A DNA stretch of 64,000 nucleotides, from positions 176,711 through 240,710 of the forward strand of contig CAVTRH010000008.1 of NCBI GenBank assembly GCA_963736985.1, read 5' to 3'. Position 1 is the first letter of the stretch. Each line of letters begins with the position of its first letter. Of this stretch, positions 46,053 to 55,084 are shown piece after piece. The translations under genes were made by a program, and so were the position numbers. The notes under the pieces were generated by a model. That model ran no database searches, had not been told where the DNA came from, and saw only the letters and a program-made list of their open reading frames with translations. Source of the DNA: an uncultured Acidobacteriaceae bacterium. Lineage in GTDB: Bacteria; Acidobacteriota; Terriglobia; Bryobacterales; Bryobacteraceae.

Positions 46053-46083
46053 AATCAGTGGGTGTGTCAAGTATATTTATACC
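46053..46083. repeat. IS terminal inverted repeat (transposase-side end)
   Basis: AATCAGTGGGTGTGTCAAGTATATTTATACC. Confidence 0.88.
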
Positions 46084-46091
46084 GTGTAGGT
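46084..46091. repeat. target-site duplication (right)
   Basis: GTGTAGGT immediately outside the inverted repeat. Confidence 0.8.
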
Positions 46092-46253
46092 TTACATAAT
46101 ATCTGTTATCGGCCCTAAGTTCGTTCGGGTTGCTCCGATTTCCAAGGAAACTACCTTTTGCGAACTTAACGACGAATTGATCAGATGTACCTCGAACATC
46201 AACATCATTCGCTCGACCCGGCATGAGCGCCGGTTCTAAATAGAAGCTCTGGG

Positions 46254-47528
46254 CTACCTGCCCGATGCGTTCTGGCCCGCAAATGAAGGAAACACATGCT
46301 CGATCAGTTCCTGACGCAATGTGAGGCGCAGATCGCTGCCGGGCTCCGGCTCGGTGTTGGACTGAGGATGCAGCGCAGCCGAGGTCGCGGGCGTTCCCGT
46401 ATCCGTCGTGTTCACCGCGAGAATGCCAGCCGCGTGGCGCGCAGGGTCGATGAAGATCTCGGACGAAAATCCGCCCTGGTCGCCGTCGTGGTACACGTAG
46501 CGGTGCCCGTTGAGATTAAGCAGAAAGAAGCCTAGGCCCATTTTCGGCGCATCCGTCGTATAGGCGGTCTTCTCTTGCTGCGCAACGGGCAGCACACCGG
46601 TCCAAGCTTCCTCAAGAGAGCTACGCTTCAAAACGAAGTCGTAGACGGGGTTGGCAGGATCGCCCAGGAGGAAACGCACATACTTCACCATATCGGTTAT
46701 GGGAGCCTTGAGGCCGCTGTTTGAGGTCGTGATTCCCGAATCGAAATCAAATGGCTGCTCGGTCAGCTTGTCTCGGGCGCGCAGATAACTAGCCGAGACA
46801 TGCGACTCCAGAAAATACGGAGAGCGATCGAAGTAGCTCCTCGTCATGCTGAGAGGCATCAGAATATTTTTATCGATGTAGACCTCGTAATCGTCGCCTG
46901 TGAGCCGCTCGATGATCTGGCCGAGAAAGACATACCCGAGGTTGGAATAGCTCCACTGTGTGCCCGGACTGAACGCTACATGCGTATAGGGCAGCATCGC
47001 GGCGATCTGCGCCCACTGCGTCGGCTCAAACGGTTGCCAGCCGCAGTTTGTTGCATCATCGCAATCCCACGGCCACGTAGGATTACGAAAGCCCGCACTG
47101 TGCGTAAGCAGGTCGCGAATCGTGATCGCATCGATCGGCCCGAAATCGTCGTGAACCTGCCGTAACTCCGGCACATAGCGGACCGCGGGATCGTCAAGCG
47201 AGAGCTTGCCGCGATCGCGCAGCTGCATGACCGCGATCGCCGTCATGGTCTTAGTGATCGATGCCCAGTTATACGAGGTTTCGCTGTCGACGCGCCGATA
47301 CGTGCCGCTACGCATCACGCCGAAGAAAAACTCTGTTGCCGGCTGCTGCCCGTGTACGATGGCGATTCCGCCGCCCACAATACCGTGCTGCGCCAGCACG
47401 GTACTGAAGCGCTGATGCAAACTCTCGCGCTGTGCAAGTACGGCAGTGCCTGAGAGCAGAATCCCGAACAGCAGGGTTGCGAGGATTTTGAGTGTCTGCT
47501 GCGACATGCCGATTATCATGATACGCAT
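46254..47528 (-). CDS. beta-lactamase-family serine hydrolase (class C / PBP-like)
   Basis: Signal peptide, the SxxK motif in …YNWASITKTMTAIAVMQL…, and YSN in …WSYSNLGY…. The start is ambiguous among ATG 47528, 47519 and 47507; the track ORF extends to 47588. Confidence 0.85.
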   Translation of the reverse strand: MRIMIIGMSQQTLKILATLLFGILLSGTAVLAQRESLHQRFSTVLAQHGIVGGGIAIVHGQQPATEFFFGVMRSGTYRRVDSETSYNWASITKTMTAIAVMQLRDRGKLSLDDPAVRYVPELRQVHDDFGPIDAITIRDLLTHSAGFRNPTWPWDCDDATNCGWQPFEPTQWAQIAAMLPYTHVAFSPGTQWSYSNLGYVFLGQIIERLTGDDYEVYIDKNILMPLSMTRSYFDRSPYFLESHVSASYLRARDKLTEQPFDFDSGITTSNSGLKAPITDMVKYVRFLLGDPANPVYDFVLKRSSLEEAWTGVLPVAQQEKTAYTTDAPKMGLGFFLLNLNGHRYVYHDGDQGGFSSEIFIDPARHAAGILAVNTTDTGTPATSAALHPQSNTEPEPGSDLRLTLRQELIEHVFPSFAGQNASGR

Positions 47529-47630
47529 CTGTCTCTCGCTCAGGTGTCGAATTGTGGAGACGCACTCGTACACGGCGCGCAAGCCCACCGCTCACTATCC
47601 GCAGGCCCTTCGCTCCGCTAGAATAACGTC

Positions 47631-48560
47631 ATGGTGAACGCGACGGAAAAGATCTGGCATAACGGCCGTTTCATCGCGTGGGACGACGCGAAGATCCATG
47701 TGCTTTCGCACGTGGTGAGCTATGGCAGTTCGGTGTTTGAAGGCGTGCGATGCTACGAGACCGAACACGGGCCGGCGATTTTTCGCGCCCGCGACCATGC
47801 CCGGCGAATGTTGGATTCGGCCAAGATCTACCGCATGGACATCCCTTACTCAGCCGACGAGTTGACGCAGGCGATGGTGGACTTGGTCCGCGAAAACAAG
47901 GTCACTCCTTGTTATATACGGCCGATTGCACTGCGCGGTTATGGCGGAGTCGGCGTGTTGCCCAACAACAATCCGATTGAGACGTATATGGCCTGCTATC
48001 CATGGGGCCAGTATCTGGGCCATGAAGCGGTCGAGGACGGAGTGGATGTGTGCGTCTCTTCCTGGACGCGCATCGCGCCCAATACCCTGCCTGCGCTCTC
48101 CAAGGCCGGCGCCAATTACATGAACTCGCAACTGATTCGCATGGAGGCTGCGGTGAACGGATACGCGGAAGGAATTGCGCTGGATGATGCGGGATACGTC
48201 AGCGAAGGATCGGGCGAGAACCTGTTTGTGATTCGCGACGGGAAGCTGGTGACGCCGCCGCTTGGGGCATCCGTGCTTCCGGGTATCACACGGGATACGA
48301 TCGTCAAGATTGCCGGACAGCTTGGAATTCCGATCGTTGAAACGATTATTCCGCGCGAGTTGCTGTATATCGCCGACGAGCTATTTTTCACGGGCACCGC
48401 GGCCGAGGTGACGCCGATCCGCAGCGTGGACCGCATTCCTGTCGGCGCCGGGCATCGCGGATCCGATCACCGAAAGAATTCAGCGGCGATTCTTCGAAGT
48501 CGTCAAGGGCCGGACCAAAGACGAGTTCGGCTGGCTCACGCCTGTGAGCGGCGTCCGTGA
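47631..48560 (+). CDS. ilvE: branched-chain-amino-acid aminotransferase (3' end apparently frameshifted)
   Basis: IWHNGRFIAWDDAKIHVLSHVVSYGSSVFEGVRCY…, …LPGITRD…, …FFTGTAAEVTPIRSVD…. After …VGAGHRG the as-sequenced frame gives unrelated residues. The conserved IlvE tail is in the +1 frame and ends at 48582 (see findings). Confidence 0.9.
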   Translation: MVNATEKIWHNGRFIAWDDAKIHVLSHVVSYGSSVFEGVRCYETEHGPAIFRARDHARRMLDSAKIYRMDIPYSADELTQAMVDLVRENKVTPCYIRPIALRGYGGVGVLPNNNPIETYMACYPWGQYLGHEAVEDGVDVCVSSWTRIAPNTLPALSKAGANYMNSQLIRMEAAVNGYAEGIALDDAGYVSEGSGENLFVIRDGKLVTPPLGASVLPGITRDTIVKIAGQLGIPIVETIIPRELLYIADELFFTGTAAEVTPIRSVDRIPVGAGHRGSDHRKNSAAILRSRQGPDQRRVRLAHACERRP

Positions 48561-48621
48561 AGCCGAAGAAGTGCCGGCCTAGGCCGAAACGCTGCGTCGA
48601 AGACGTGCTGAAAAACGTTCA

Positions 48622-48682
48622 GGGCAGGAACCGATCAGCTCCAGCCGTACAGCCGGATGACCTGATTCCTGCCCCGTGTTTT
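48622..48682 (+). terminator. candidate intrinsic terminator after ilvE
   Basis: GGGCAGGAA (48622-48630) pairs with TTCCTGCCC (48666-48674), and GTGTTTT follows. The loop is long but has internal ATCAG/CTGAT pairing. Confidence 0.35.
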
Positions 48683-48938
48683 GGGCTAGCTTCCGCCCGC
48701 CCAATCTCGTTAATCCTTGACGCGAGAGCCGAATCCGCAGTCACCTCCCCCGAGATTACCTGCCGATCTGGCACCCGCGCCGGATCTATTGGAATTTATA
48801 CCTCCGGACGCGTGAGTAACGCCAGAAATTTCGCACTTTGCCGTTCGGGTTTTCCACATTTCTTATCTCACAGCGGGAGTTTGAGATGCGAGCGCACACG
48901 ACCGTAGGAGCTGTGCAAAAACTGAGGACAATTTTCGG

Positions 48939-50132
48939 ATGAGGGACACAAGCGCTACGATGCGTCGCGCGAAATCTTGCATCGGCGTCGTTCCGGGCAC
49001 GTCTTCGATCTTGCAGATCGAATATGGCGACTTGATCGAAGCGGCAGATGAGCTGATCACGCCGCCCCAGACGCAGGAGATGATCGCGCCGGGTTTCATC
49101 GACGTACAAGTGAACGGGTTTGCGGGCGTCGATTACAACGATCCGGCTGCCGCGCATGAAGAGATTGCGCGCTCGATTCGAACCATGTTCACGACAGGGG
49201 TCACGCGGTTCTTCGCCACGGTGATTACCGGTTCCGAAGAGCGGATCACGGGCGCTTTGGGCAATCTTCGCTCGGCGAAGGACGAATTGCGCCGCAATGG
49301 CATGGCGGAATCGCACGCTATGGAAGCATTCCACGTCGAAGGACCGCATATTTCGCCGGAAAGCGGGCCGCGCGGCGCGCATCCGCTCGAGCACATCCGT
49401 CCGCCCGATATCGAAGAGTTCAAACGCTGGCAAGAAGCGGCTGATGGCAATGTCCGTCTTGTCACAGTGTCGCCCGAATGGGAGCAGACGCCAACCTATA
49501 TAAAGGAGCTAGTACGGTCGGGCGTGGTAGCGAGCATCGGTCACACCAAGGCGAACGCGGAGCAGATTCGAGCGGCTGTGGATGCAGGTGCAACTATGTC
49601 TACTCATTTGGGTAATGCCGCGCATCCTACATTGCCGAAGACGCAGAACTATATTTGGGACCAGCTTGCAGAGGATCGGTTGACGGCAAGCTTTATCTTG
49701 GATGGCATACACATCCCGGGCGCTTTTTTCCACGCTGCGGTGCGTGCGAAAGGAATCGAGCGGGCGGTTTTGGTGACCGATGCGGTCATGCCCGCAATGT
49801 GCACGCCGGGACCGTACAAGCTGGGCCAAGTGGACGTCGAGCTGCGGTCTGACGGAAGCGTGAGGATGCGCGGCAGTGATCGTCTGGCGGGTTCGGCATT
49901 GCAAATGGATCACGCTATTGCGAATAGCGTTCGTTTGGGCGGAATTTCACTACCGCACGCTCTTGCGATGGCTACATCGCATCCCGCGCGAGTGGCGCGA
50001 ATCGCTGGGCGGCAGCGCGGGTTGACGCCGGGCGAGAAGGCCGATCTGGTTCGATTTGAATGGGACGAGATCAAAAGCTCGCTCAGAGTCATCGAAACAG
50101 TAGTTGCTGGGACAACTGTCTACAAAATTTAA
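48939..50132 (+). CDS. nagA: N-acetylglucosamine-6-phosphate deacetylase family amidohydrolase
   Basis: [19 protein letters not shown] (compare E. coli SPGFIDVQLNGCGGVQFND), …HVEGP…, …SIGHT.A…, …THLGNA…, …LVTDA…. Confidence 0.8.
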   Translation: MRDTSATMRRAKSCIGVVPGTSSILQIEYGDLIEAADELITPPQTQEMIAPGFIDVQVNGFAGVDYNDPAAAHEEIARSIRTMFTTGVTRFFATVITGSEERITGALGNLRSAKDELRRNGMAESHAMEAFHVEGPHISPESGPRGAHPLEHIRPPDIEEFKRWQEAADGNVRLVTVSPEWEQTPTYIKELVRSGVVASIGHTKANAEQIRAAVDAGATMSTHLGNAAHPTLPKTQNYIWDQLAEDRLTASFILDGIHIPGAFFHAAVRAKGIERAVLVTDAVMPAMCTPGPYKLGQVDVELRSDGSVRMRGSDRLAGSALQMDHAIANSVRLGGISLPHALAMATSHPARVARIAGRQRGLTPGEKADLVRFEWDEIKSSLRVIETVVAGTTVYKI

Positions 50133-50145
50133 CTGGAGAACACAA

Positions 50146-50748
50146 ATGGCATTTACACTTCCACCACTTCCCTACTCTGCCGATGCTTTAGAGCCGTACA
50201 TCGATAAGACAACGATGGAGATTCATCACGACAAGCATCATGGCGCGTACGTTACGAACTTGAACAAAGCGCTTGAATCCGCGCCCGAATTGCAGAACAA
50301 GTCGGTCGAAGATCTGCTCAAGAACAATTTGGCCGCCGTTCCGGAGGCGATTAAGACGGCGGTTCGCAACAATGGCGGCGGCCACGCGAATCACTCGTTT
50401 TTTTGGCCTTTGTTGAAGAAGAACGACGGCAAGGGCCCGAGCGGCGAGATTGCGAGCGTGATCGAATCGAACTTTGGCGGCTTTGAGAGCTTCAAAGAGA
50501 AATTCAACGCGGCGGCAGCGGGCCGGTTCGGATCGGGTTGGGCCTGGCTGGTGAAGAGCGGCGGAAAATTTGAGATTACGTCTACGGCGAATCAGGACAG
50601 CCCGCTCATGGAAGGCAAGCAGCCGATCTTGGGGCTGGACGTCTGGGAGCACGCGTATTACCTGAAATATCAGAACCGGCGGCCCGAATACGTTGCGGCT
50701 TGGTGGAACGTGGTGAACTGGGACGAAGCCAACAAGCACCTGAAGTAA
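50146..50748 (+). CDS. sodA: superoxide dismutase, Mn-type
   Basis: [43 protein letters not shown] (Mn-type signature), and [22 protein letters not shown] lies upstream of ATG 50146. Confidence 0.9.
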   Translation: MAFTLPPLPYSADALEPYIDKTTMEIHHDKHHGAYVTNLNKALESAPELQNKSVEDLLKNNLAAVPEAIKTAVRNNGGGHANHSFFWPLLKKNDGKGPSGEIASVIESNFGGFESFKEKFNAAAAGRFGSGWAWLVKSGGKFEITSTANQDSPLMEGKQPILGLDVWEHAYYLKYQNRRPEYVAAWWNVVNWDEANKHLK

Positions 50749-50752
50749 CACT

Positions 50753-51373
50753 TTAATCCAAAGCCAATCCGAGTTCCTGGAAACGCTGCCGCGTTGCCTC
50801 AAGCGATACATGATGGATGGCGGTGAATCCTAACTCTGCAGCAAGGGTTGCGAACATCTCGCGATCGTCTATATAGATCGATTCGTCAGGTGTTACTTGA
50901 GCTAAATTCAAGGCCAGACGCCAGATCTCGGGATCGGGTTTTCGGAGGCGCACGCAGTGTGAGATGACCATAAAATCGGCAAGCTCGCGCAACCGGAACT
51001 TGCCGACCCTATGTTCGGTAATGCCGCGGCCTTCGTTACTGATGAGGGCGAGTTTCAAGCCGTTGGCCTGCCTCAAACGCTTGAAGAACTCGATGTTCTC
51101 GGGCCACGCGACGGACTGATCGTACGTGAAGTCGCGAATTTCTTCCAGGGTGCACGAACGAGGCGAGGCGAAGAACACATAGCGCAAATACTCTTCGAAA
51201 GAGAAATGGCCGCGCTCATAACTATCGAAGATCAGATGATGCCGCGGTTCAATCTCATCGAGGTCGATACCGAATCGCGCGGCGACTTTGCGGCGCAGCG
51301 GCGCATCCCAACCGTTTGTGCCGAGAACGCCACCGATATCGCTGAACAGCACGTGAAATCGCGGGTGACGCAT
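50753..51373 (-). CDS. HAD-superfamily hydrolase
   Basis: Motif I FSDIGGVL, a cap region, and motif IV-like YIDDRE. The start is ATG 51373. Confidence 0.75.
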   Translation of the reverse strand: MRHPRFHVLFSDIGGVLGTNGWDAPLRRKVAARFGIDLDEIEPRHHLIFDSYERGHFSFEEYLRYVFFASPRSCTLEEIRDFTYDQSVAWPENIEFFKRLRQANGLKLALISNEGRGITEHRVGKFRLRELADFMVISHCVRLRKPDPEIWRLALNLAQVTPDESIYIDDREMFATLAAELGFTAIHHVSLEATRQRFQELGLALD

Positions 51374-51444
51374 GGAGCTAGGGTCGCATAGCACGGGTTT
51401 GGGGCCTGAGCGGCTGGTTTAGAATTGAAGTTGCTCCGCTCGTC

Positions 51445-51521
51445 GGGCGCTTAGCTCAGCTGGTTAGAGCGCGTGCTTCACACGCACGAGGTCATAGGTT
51501 CGAGTCCTATAGCGCCCACCA
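51445..51521 (+). tRNA. tRNA-Val (anticodon CAC)
   Basis: Folded by hand. Acceptor GGGCGCT/AGCGCCC, D arm GCTC…GAGC, anticodon stem CGTGC/GCACG with loop TTCACAC, T arm ATAGG-TTCGAGT-CCTAT, discriminator A, and an encoded CCA. Confidence 0.95.
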
Positions 51522-51613
51522 AATAAGGCGGCTCTCCGCACTTAATGGAGCACCGCCACGCCGCCGAATCTTCAATCCCTTCGAGCGATATACTCGCTGC
51601 TTGCGATCACGCC

Positions 51614-53017
51614 ATGACGCGACGTTTCCTCGCATTGGATCTTGGGGCCGAGAGCGGCCGAGCCATTCTGGCGCAGCTCGATGCAGGCCGCCTCGCGCTG
51701 AACGAGCTGCATCGGTTTCCAAACATTCCCGTCGCATTGCCGACCGGCTTGTATTGGGACACGCTGCGGCTATTTCATGAGATCTGCGAAGGCATTCGCA
51801 TCGCAGCCAAACAGTCAGACAAACTCGACGGAATCGCCGTCGATACCTGGGGCGTCGATTTCGCTCTTATCGGCGAGCATGGCGCGTTGCTCGATAATCC
51901 TCGGCACTATCGCGATCCTCGAACTGCCGGTGTCCCCGAGCAAGTCTTCAAAACGGTGCCGCGCGACGAGATCTTCCGCCAAACCGGCGTTCAGTTCATG
52001 AACATCAACTCGCTGTACCAGCTTTGGACGGTACGGCGCGATTCTCCTCAGATGCTGGATTCGGCATCGAAGCTTTTGTTCATGCCTGACCTGTTTAACT
52101 ACTTTCTGACCGGCACCTGCGCATCGGAGCGTACCATTGCCAGCACGTCGCAGTTTTACGATCCCGTGAAAAGATGCTTCGCGACCGATATGCTTCGCAA
52201 AATCGGCATTGGCGCGAGTTTCTTGTGCAAATTGATCGAACCCGGCGTGGAGCTTGGTGCACTCCAGCCTTACGTTTCCGAACACAGCACGCCGGTGTTT
52301 GCGACCGCTTCGCACGACACCGCTTCGGCCGTCACCGCAGTGCCTGCCGAGGATGGAAACAACTGGTGCTACATCAGCTCCGGCACTTGGTCGCTGATGG
52401 GAGTCGAGTTGAATGAGCCGGTGATCAACGAAGCCGCTCTCGAGGCAAATTTCACGAACGAAGTGGGTGTCGAGCACACTATCCGCTTTTTGAAAAATAT
52501 TCCCGGGCTTTGGGTCCTGCAGGAGTGCCGGCGCGCATGGGCGCGTGAAGGGCAGGATCTGACATATGCGGAGCTGATGGAACAAGCGGCGGCTGCCAAA
52601 AACTCGGAAACAATCATCGACCTCGACGAATTCACATCTCCGGGCAATTATCCGCGCTTGATTTGCGAATACTGCCGCCAAACCCAGCAGCAGATTCCAC
52701 AACGTCCCGGCGAGATCGTTCGCGTTGTTCTGCAAAGCCTCGCTGCTCGATACAAACAAGTGCTCGAATCCCTCGAGAAGCTGACCGGCCGGTCAATCGA
52801 AGTCATTCACGTCGTTGGCGGCGGATCGCGCAACAAGCTGCTGAATCAATTCACGGCGAATGTTACGGGCCGGCGCGTCGTCGCGGGACCCGCGGAGGCG
52901 ACCGCCGCAGGCAATGCGCTCGGCCAGGCGCTCGGAACCGCCGATCTTCGATCCCTCGAAGAGATCAGGGGTGTGGTTCGCCGCTCGTTCGAGTGCGAAC
53001 AGTTCCTCCCTGAATAG
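51614..53017 (+). CDS. rhaB: rhamnulokinase-like FGGY carbohydrate kinase
   Basis: FLALDLGAESGRAILAQL…LHRFPN…YWD., …GIAVDTWGVDF.L…, …GGGS.N.LLNQ.TA…. The start is ATG 51614. Confidence 0.75.
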   Translation: MTRRFLALDLGAESGRAILAQLDAGRLALNELHRFPNIPVALPTGLYWDTLRLFHEICEGIRIAAKQSDKLDGIAVDTWGVDFALIGEHGALLDNPRHYRDPRTAGVPEQVFKTVPRDEIFRQTGVQFMNINSLYQLWTVRRDSPQMLDSASKLLFMPDLFNYFLTGTCASERTIASTSQFYDPVKRCFATDMLRKIGIGASFLCKLIEPGVELGALQPYVSEHSTPVFATASHDTASAVTAVPAEDGNNWCYISSGTWSLMGVELNEPVINEAALEANFTNEVGVEHTIRFLKNIPGLWVLQECRRAWAREGQDLTYAELMEQAAAAKNSETIIDLDEFTSPGNYPRLICEYCRQTQQQIPQRPGEIVRVVLQSLAARYKQVLESLEKLTGRSIEVIHVVGGGSRNKLLNQFTANVTGRRVVAGPAEATAAGNALGQALGTADLRSLEEIRGVVRRSFECEQFLPE

Positions 53018-54338
53018 AGAACTGCTGCGCAGTTCTAGCCCGCATAAAAAATCGCTGCTTGTCAATCGACGGATCGACCGCTACATCGAAGAAACCGACC
53101 ATCATCTCGGCCCACGTTTGCTCGCCCCACGTCACCGCTGAATCGGGGTCGGGATTATGCGGGTTGTTCTTCGAGTTATCGAAGGTCGCGACCGCTTGCA
53201 ACACAGTGCCGGCTTTCAGCGCAATCGGATCGGCCAGTCGATAACTCAGCTGCCAGTAGAAATCATAATGAGGAATGCGCAGTAACGTCCGAACGCGCCC
53301 ACCAGGCTCGAGAATGTTGTATTCGAAGCTCTTTCCGCGAAGATGCATGTGCGGAAAAAAGCTCAGCAGCAGCGCGTCGTTGGGTAAACTGCCGCGCACC
53401 TCCACGCGATGATCCGGATCGCCCGGTGGGATGAGAAACCGGTCATTCGTCAATTGCAGAGTAAGAACGCGCTTGCGCGGCGGCGCTTTCGAGAACACAA
53501 GTCCGATACTCGTCTGATCTTCCGTCGCGTGCCCGTGTGTCCTGTAGTGCATCTGTAGAACGATGTCAGACCCGGCTGGCACAAGCTTCGCGAAATCACT
53601 AGGCCACTGATCCGGCAGGCTTCCGGGCGCATAGACTAGCAGAATGTCGCTCGTGGTCCACATCGCCTGACGCCGCAGCGTTTCCGTAGGCAAATCGTCC
53701 GCGCTGAAAGGAACGCCAATCGGCGCGCCGCGCAGCCAAGAGGATACCGGATCGCGAATATAGGCCACCGCGTGATGCACCACCATCCGATTACTCGGTC
53801 GAATCTCGGACATCCGCACCCAACGGTCTTCTTTGAAGTGCGTCGGAATAATGATGTATTGATACGGCACATCGCCGGACGCGGGAATCGCCTTCGGCTT
53901 CGGCATCCGAAGCACCACGTCGGGTTCGTCGATGTTCCAACCCGCGGTCCAATGCACCGGAGGCGGAGCATCGTGCGGATTGCCGGCTGCTGCGTGCTCA
54001 TCCGCCCAGTCACACAAAATTTGAATTTGCTGTTCCGTTAGTGAAGGATCGTTCGAAAAACGCCCGCAACAGGGGTCGGCAAACCACGGTGGCATCGTTC
54101 TCTTCTGCGCGACTTCTCGAATCGCGTTTGCGAATGGCCGGACCTGCGCGTACGTTTCGAGCGCCATCGGGGCCATTTCCCCGGCTCGATGGCAGGATTG
54201 GCAGCGCTGCTGAAGAATCGGCAGCACGTCCTTATAAAACGTTGCAGTCCCGGCGTCCGCGCGAATCCCGCCGGTAAGGATAAACAGCAACAGCAGCTTC
54301 ACGAACGGTGGTAAAAGTCCTGCGGCATGCTGGGCCAA
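52965..54338 (-). CDS. exported protein: N-terminal CxxCH (cytochrome-c-like) region plus copper type-II monooxygenase (PHM/DBH)-like His motifs
   Basis: Signal-like N-terminus, then FYKDVLPILQQRCQSCHRAGEMAPM…MPPW, then HH (VVHHAVAY), H.H (RTHGHA) and HMH (FFPHMHLRG) spaced as in the two-copper monooxygenase family. The 3' end overlaps the rhaB 3' end by 53 bp in convergent orientation. Confidence 0.65.
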   Translation of the reverse strand: MAQHAAGLLPPFVKLLLLFILTGGIRADAGTATFYKDVLPILQQRCQSCHRAGEMAPMALETYAQVRPFANAIREVAQKRTMPPWFADPCCGRFSNDPSLTEQQIQILCDWADEHAAAGNPHDAPPPVHWTAGWNIDEPDVVLRMPKPKAIPASGDVPYQYIIIPTHFKEDRWVRMSEIRPSNRMVVHHAVAYIRDPVSSWLRGAPIGVPFSADDLPTETLRRQAMWTTSDILLVYAPGSLPDQWPSDFAKLVPAGSDIVLQMHYRTHGHATEDQTSIGLVFSKAPPRKRVLTLQLTNDRFLIPPGDPDHRVEVRGSLPNDALLLSFFPHMHLRGKSFEYNILEPGGRVRTLLRIPHYDFYWQLSYRLADPIALKAGTVLQAVATFDNSKNNPHNPDPDSAVTWGEQTWAEMMVGFFDVAVDPSIDKQRFFMRARTAQQFSIQGGTVRTRTSGEPHP

Positions 54339-55084
54339 CGCGGCTCGCGTTTTTCTTTGAATGCCGCGGTTCCTTCCTGGAAATCGCCGCTTTCCATCAG
54401 CTCGCTTCGCAACGTCGCGGCCAGTTTTCCTGCTTCCTCCGCCGACTTGCCCCGCGATCCTTGGAAATAACGCATTCCCGCTGCCATGGCTCTTGGGCTT
54501 GCCTTTGCGATGTCTCGCGCCAAAGCATGCGCACGATCACACACTTCCGCTGCAGGGCAGAGTTGATGCACAAGTCCCCACTGCTCCGCTTCCGGAGCTT
54601 GAAACATGCGCCCCACCAGACTGAGTTCGAGCGCCCGGCGCGCGCCAAGAGCGGCTTCCACAGCTCGATACACGAGAAACGGCCACAGGCCGATTCGAAT
54701 TTCCGGCAACCCGAAAACAGCAGTCTCGGCCGCCATCACCACGTGCCCCTGCGCGACCAGGCCTAGGCCGCCGCCCAAAGCCGGACCGTTCACGCATATC
54801 ACGATCGGCTTCATCGAAGTGATCCCCATGGTAAACAGCTTTTCGTGCGCCTCAGTCAAATCGGGACGATCCGGATGCCTCGCTTCATCCAGATCCATGC
54901 CTGCGCAGAACACCTGCCCGGCCGCATGAATCAAAACGGCGCCCACGTCCTCGCGCTGCTGCACCGATTCGACCGCTTGCGAGATCTCCGAGCACATCGC
55001 AAACGTCAACGCGTTACGTTTCTCGGGACGGTTTAGCGTGATGCACAGAACACGGTGCTTCAGATGGACCGATATTTCTTTCAG
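54299..55084 (-). CDS. enoyl-CoA hydratase/isomerase (crotonase) family, probable methylglutaconyl-CoA hydratase
   Basis: …VLCITLNRPEKRNAL…, …AAGQVFCAGMDL…, …NGPALGGG…GLPEIRIGLWP. No ATG, GTG or TTG lies near the expected N-terminus. CTG at 55084 overlaps the upstream stop (CTGA) and has GGAGG upstream. The track start at 55270 would overlap the upstream gene by 190 bp. Confidence 0.8.
   Translation of the reverse strand: MKEISVHLKHRVLCITLNRPEKRNALTFAMCSEISQAVESVQQREDVGAVLIHAAGQVFCAGMDLDEARHPDRPDLTEAHEKLFTMGITSMKPIVICVNGPALGGGLGLVAQGHVVMAAETAVFGLPEIRIGLWPFLVYRAVEAALGARRALELSLVGRMFQAPEAEQWGLVHQLCPAAEVCDRAHALARDIAKASPRAMAAGMRYFQGSRGKSAEEAGKLAATLRSELMESGDFQEGTAAFKEKREPRWPSMPQDFYHRS

Larger units (their letters stand above)
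42905..46083 (-). mobile_element. IS1595-family insertion sequence carrying passenger genes (3179 bp)
   Basis: Terminal inverted repeats at 42905-42935 and 46053-46083: 31 bp with 2 mismatches and an inner 26 bp that match perfectly. They are flanked by the identical 8-bp direct repeat GTGTAGGT (42897-42904 and 46084-46091). The transposase gene starts 18 bp inside the right end. The interior is visibly AT-richer than the flanks. Confidence 0.88.

Noticed and set aside
46039-46224. 61-aa minus-strand ORF at the right IS boundary
   Set aside because: Its last 14 codons read into the IS inverted repeat, so the ORF as listed is a junction chimera. The pre-insertion version would be a 52-codon ORF with no recognisable features.
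42475-46253. A tRNA-Ser-associated integrative island
   Set aside because: There is no integrase gene, and I could not find a downstream direct repeat of the tRNA 3' end. The only mobile unit with defined ends is the IS1595 element, which has its own 8-bp target duplication.
48557-48907. 116-aa plus-strand ORF after ilvE
   Set aside because: It begins inside the frameshifted ilvE tail, runs through the candidate terminator hairpin, and has no motif or RBS. The region is better explained as ilvE 3' end plus intergenic DNA.
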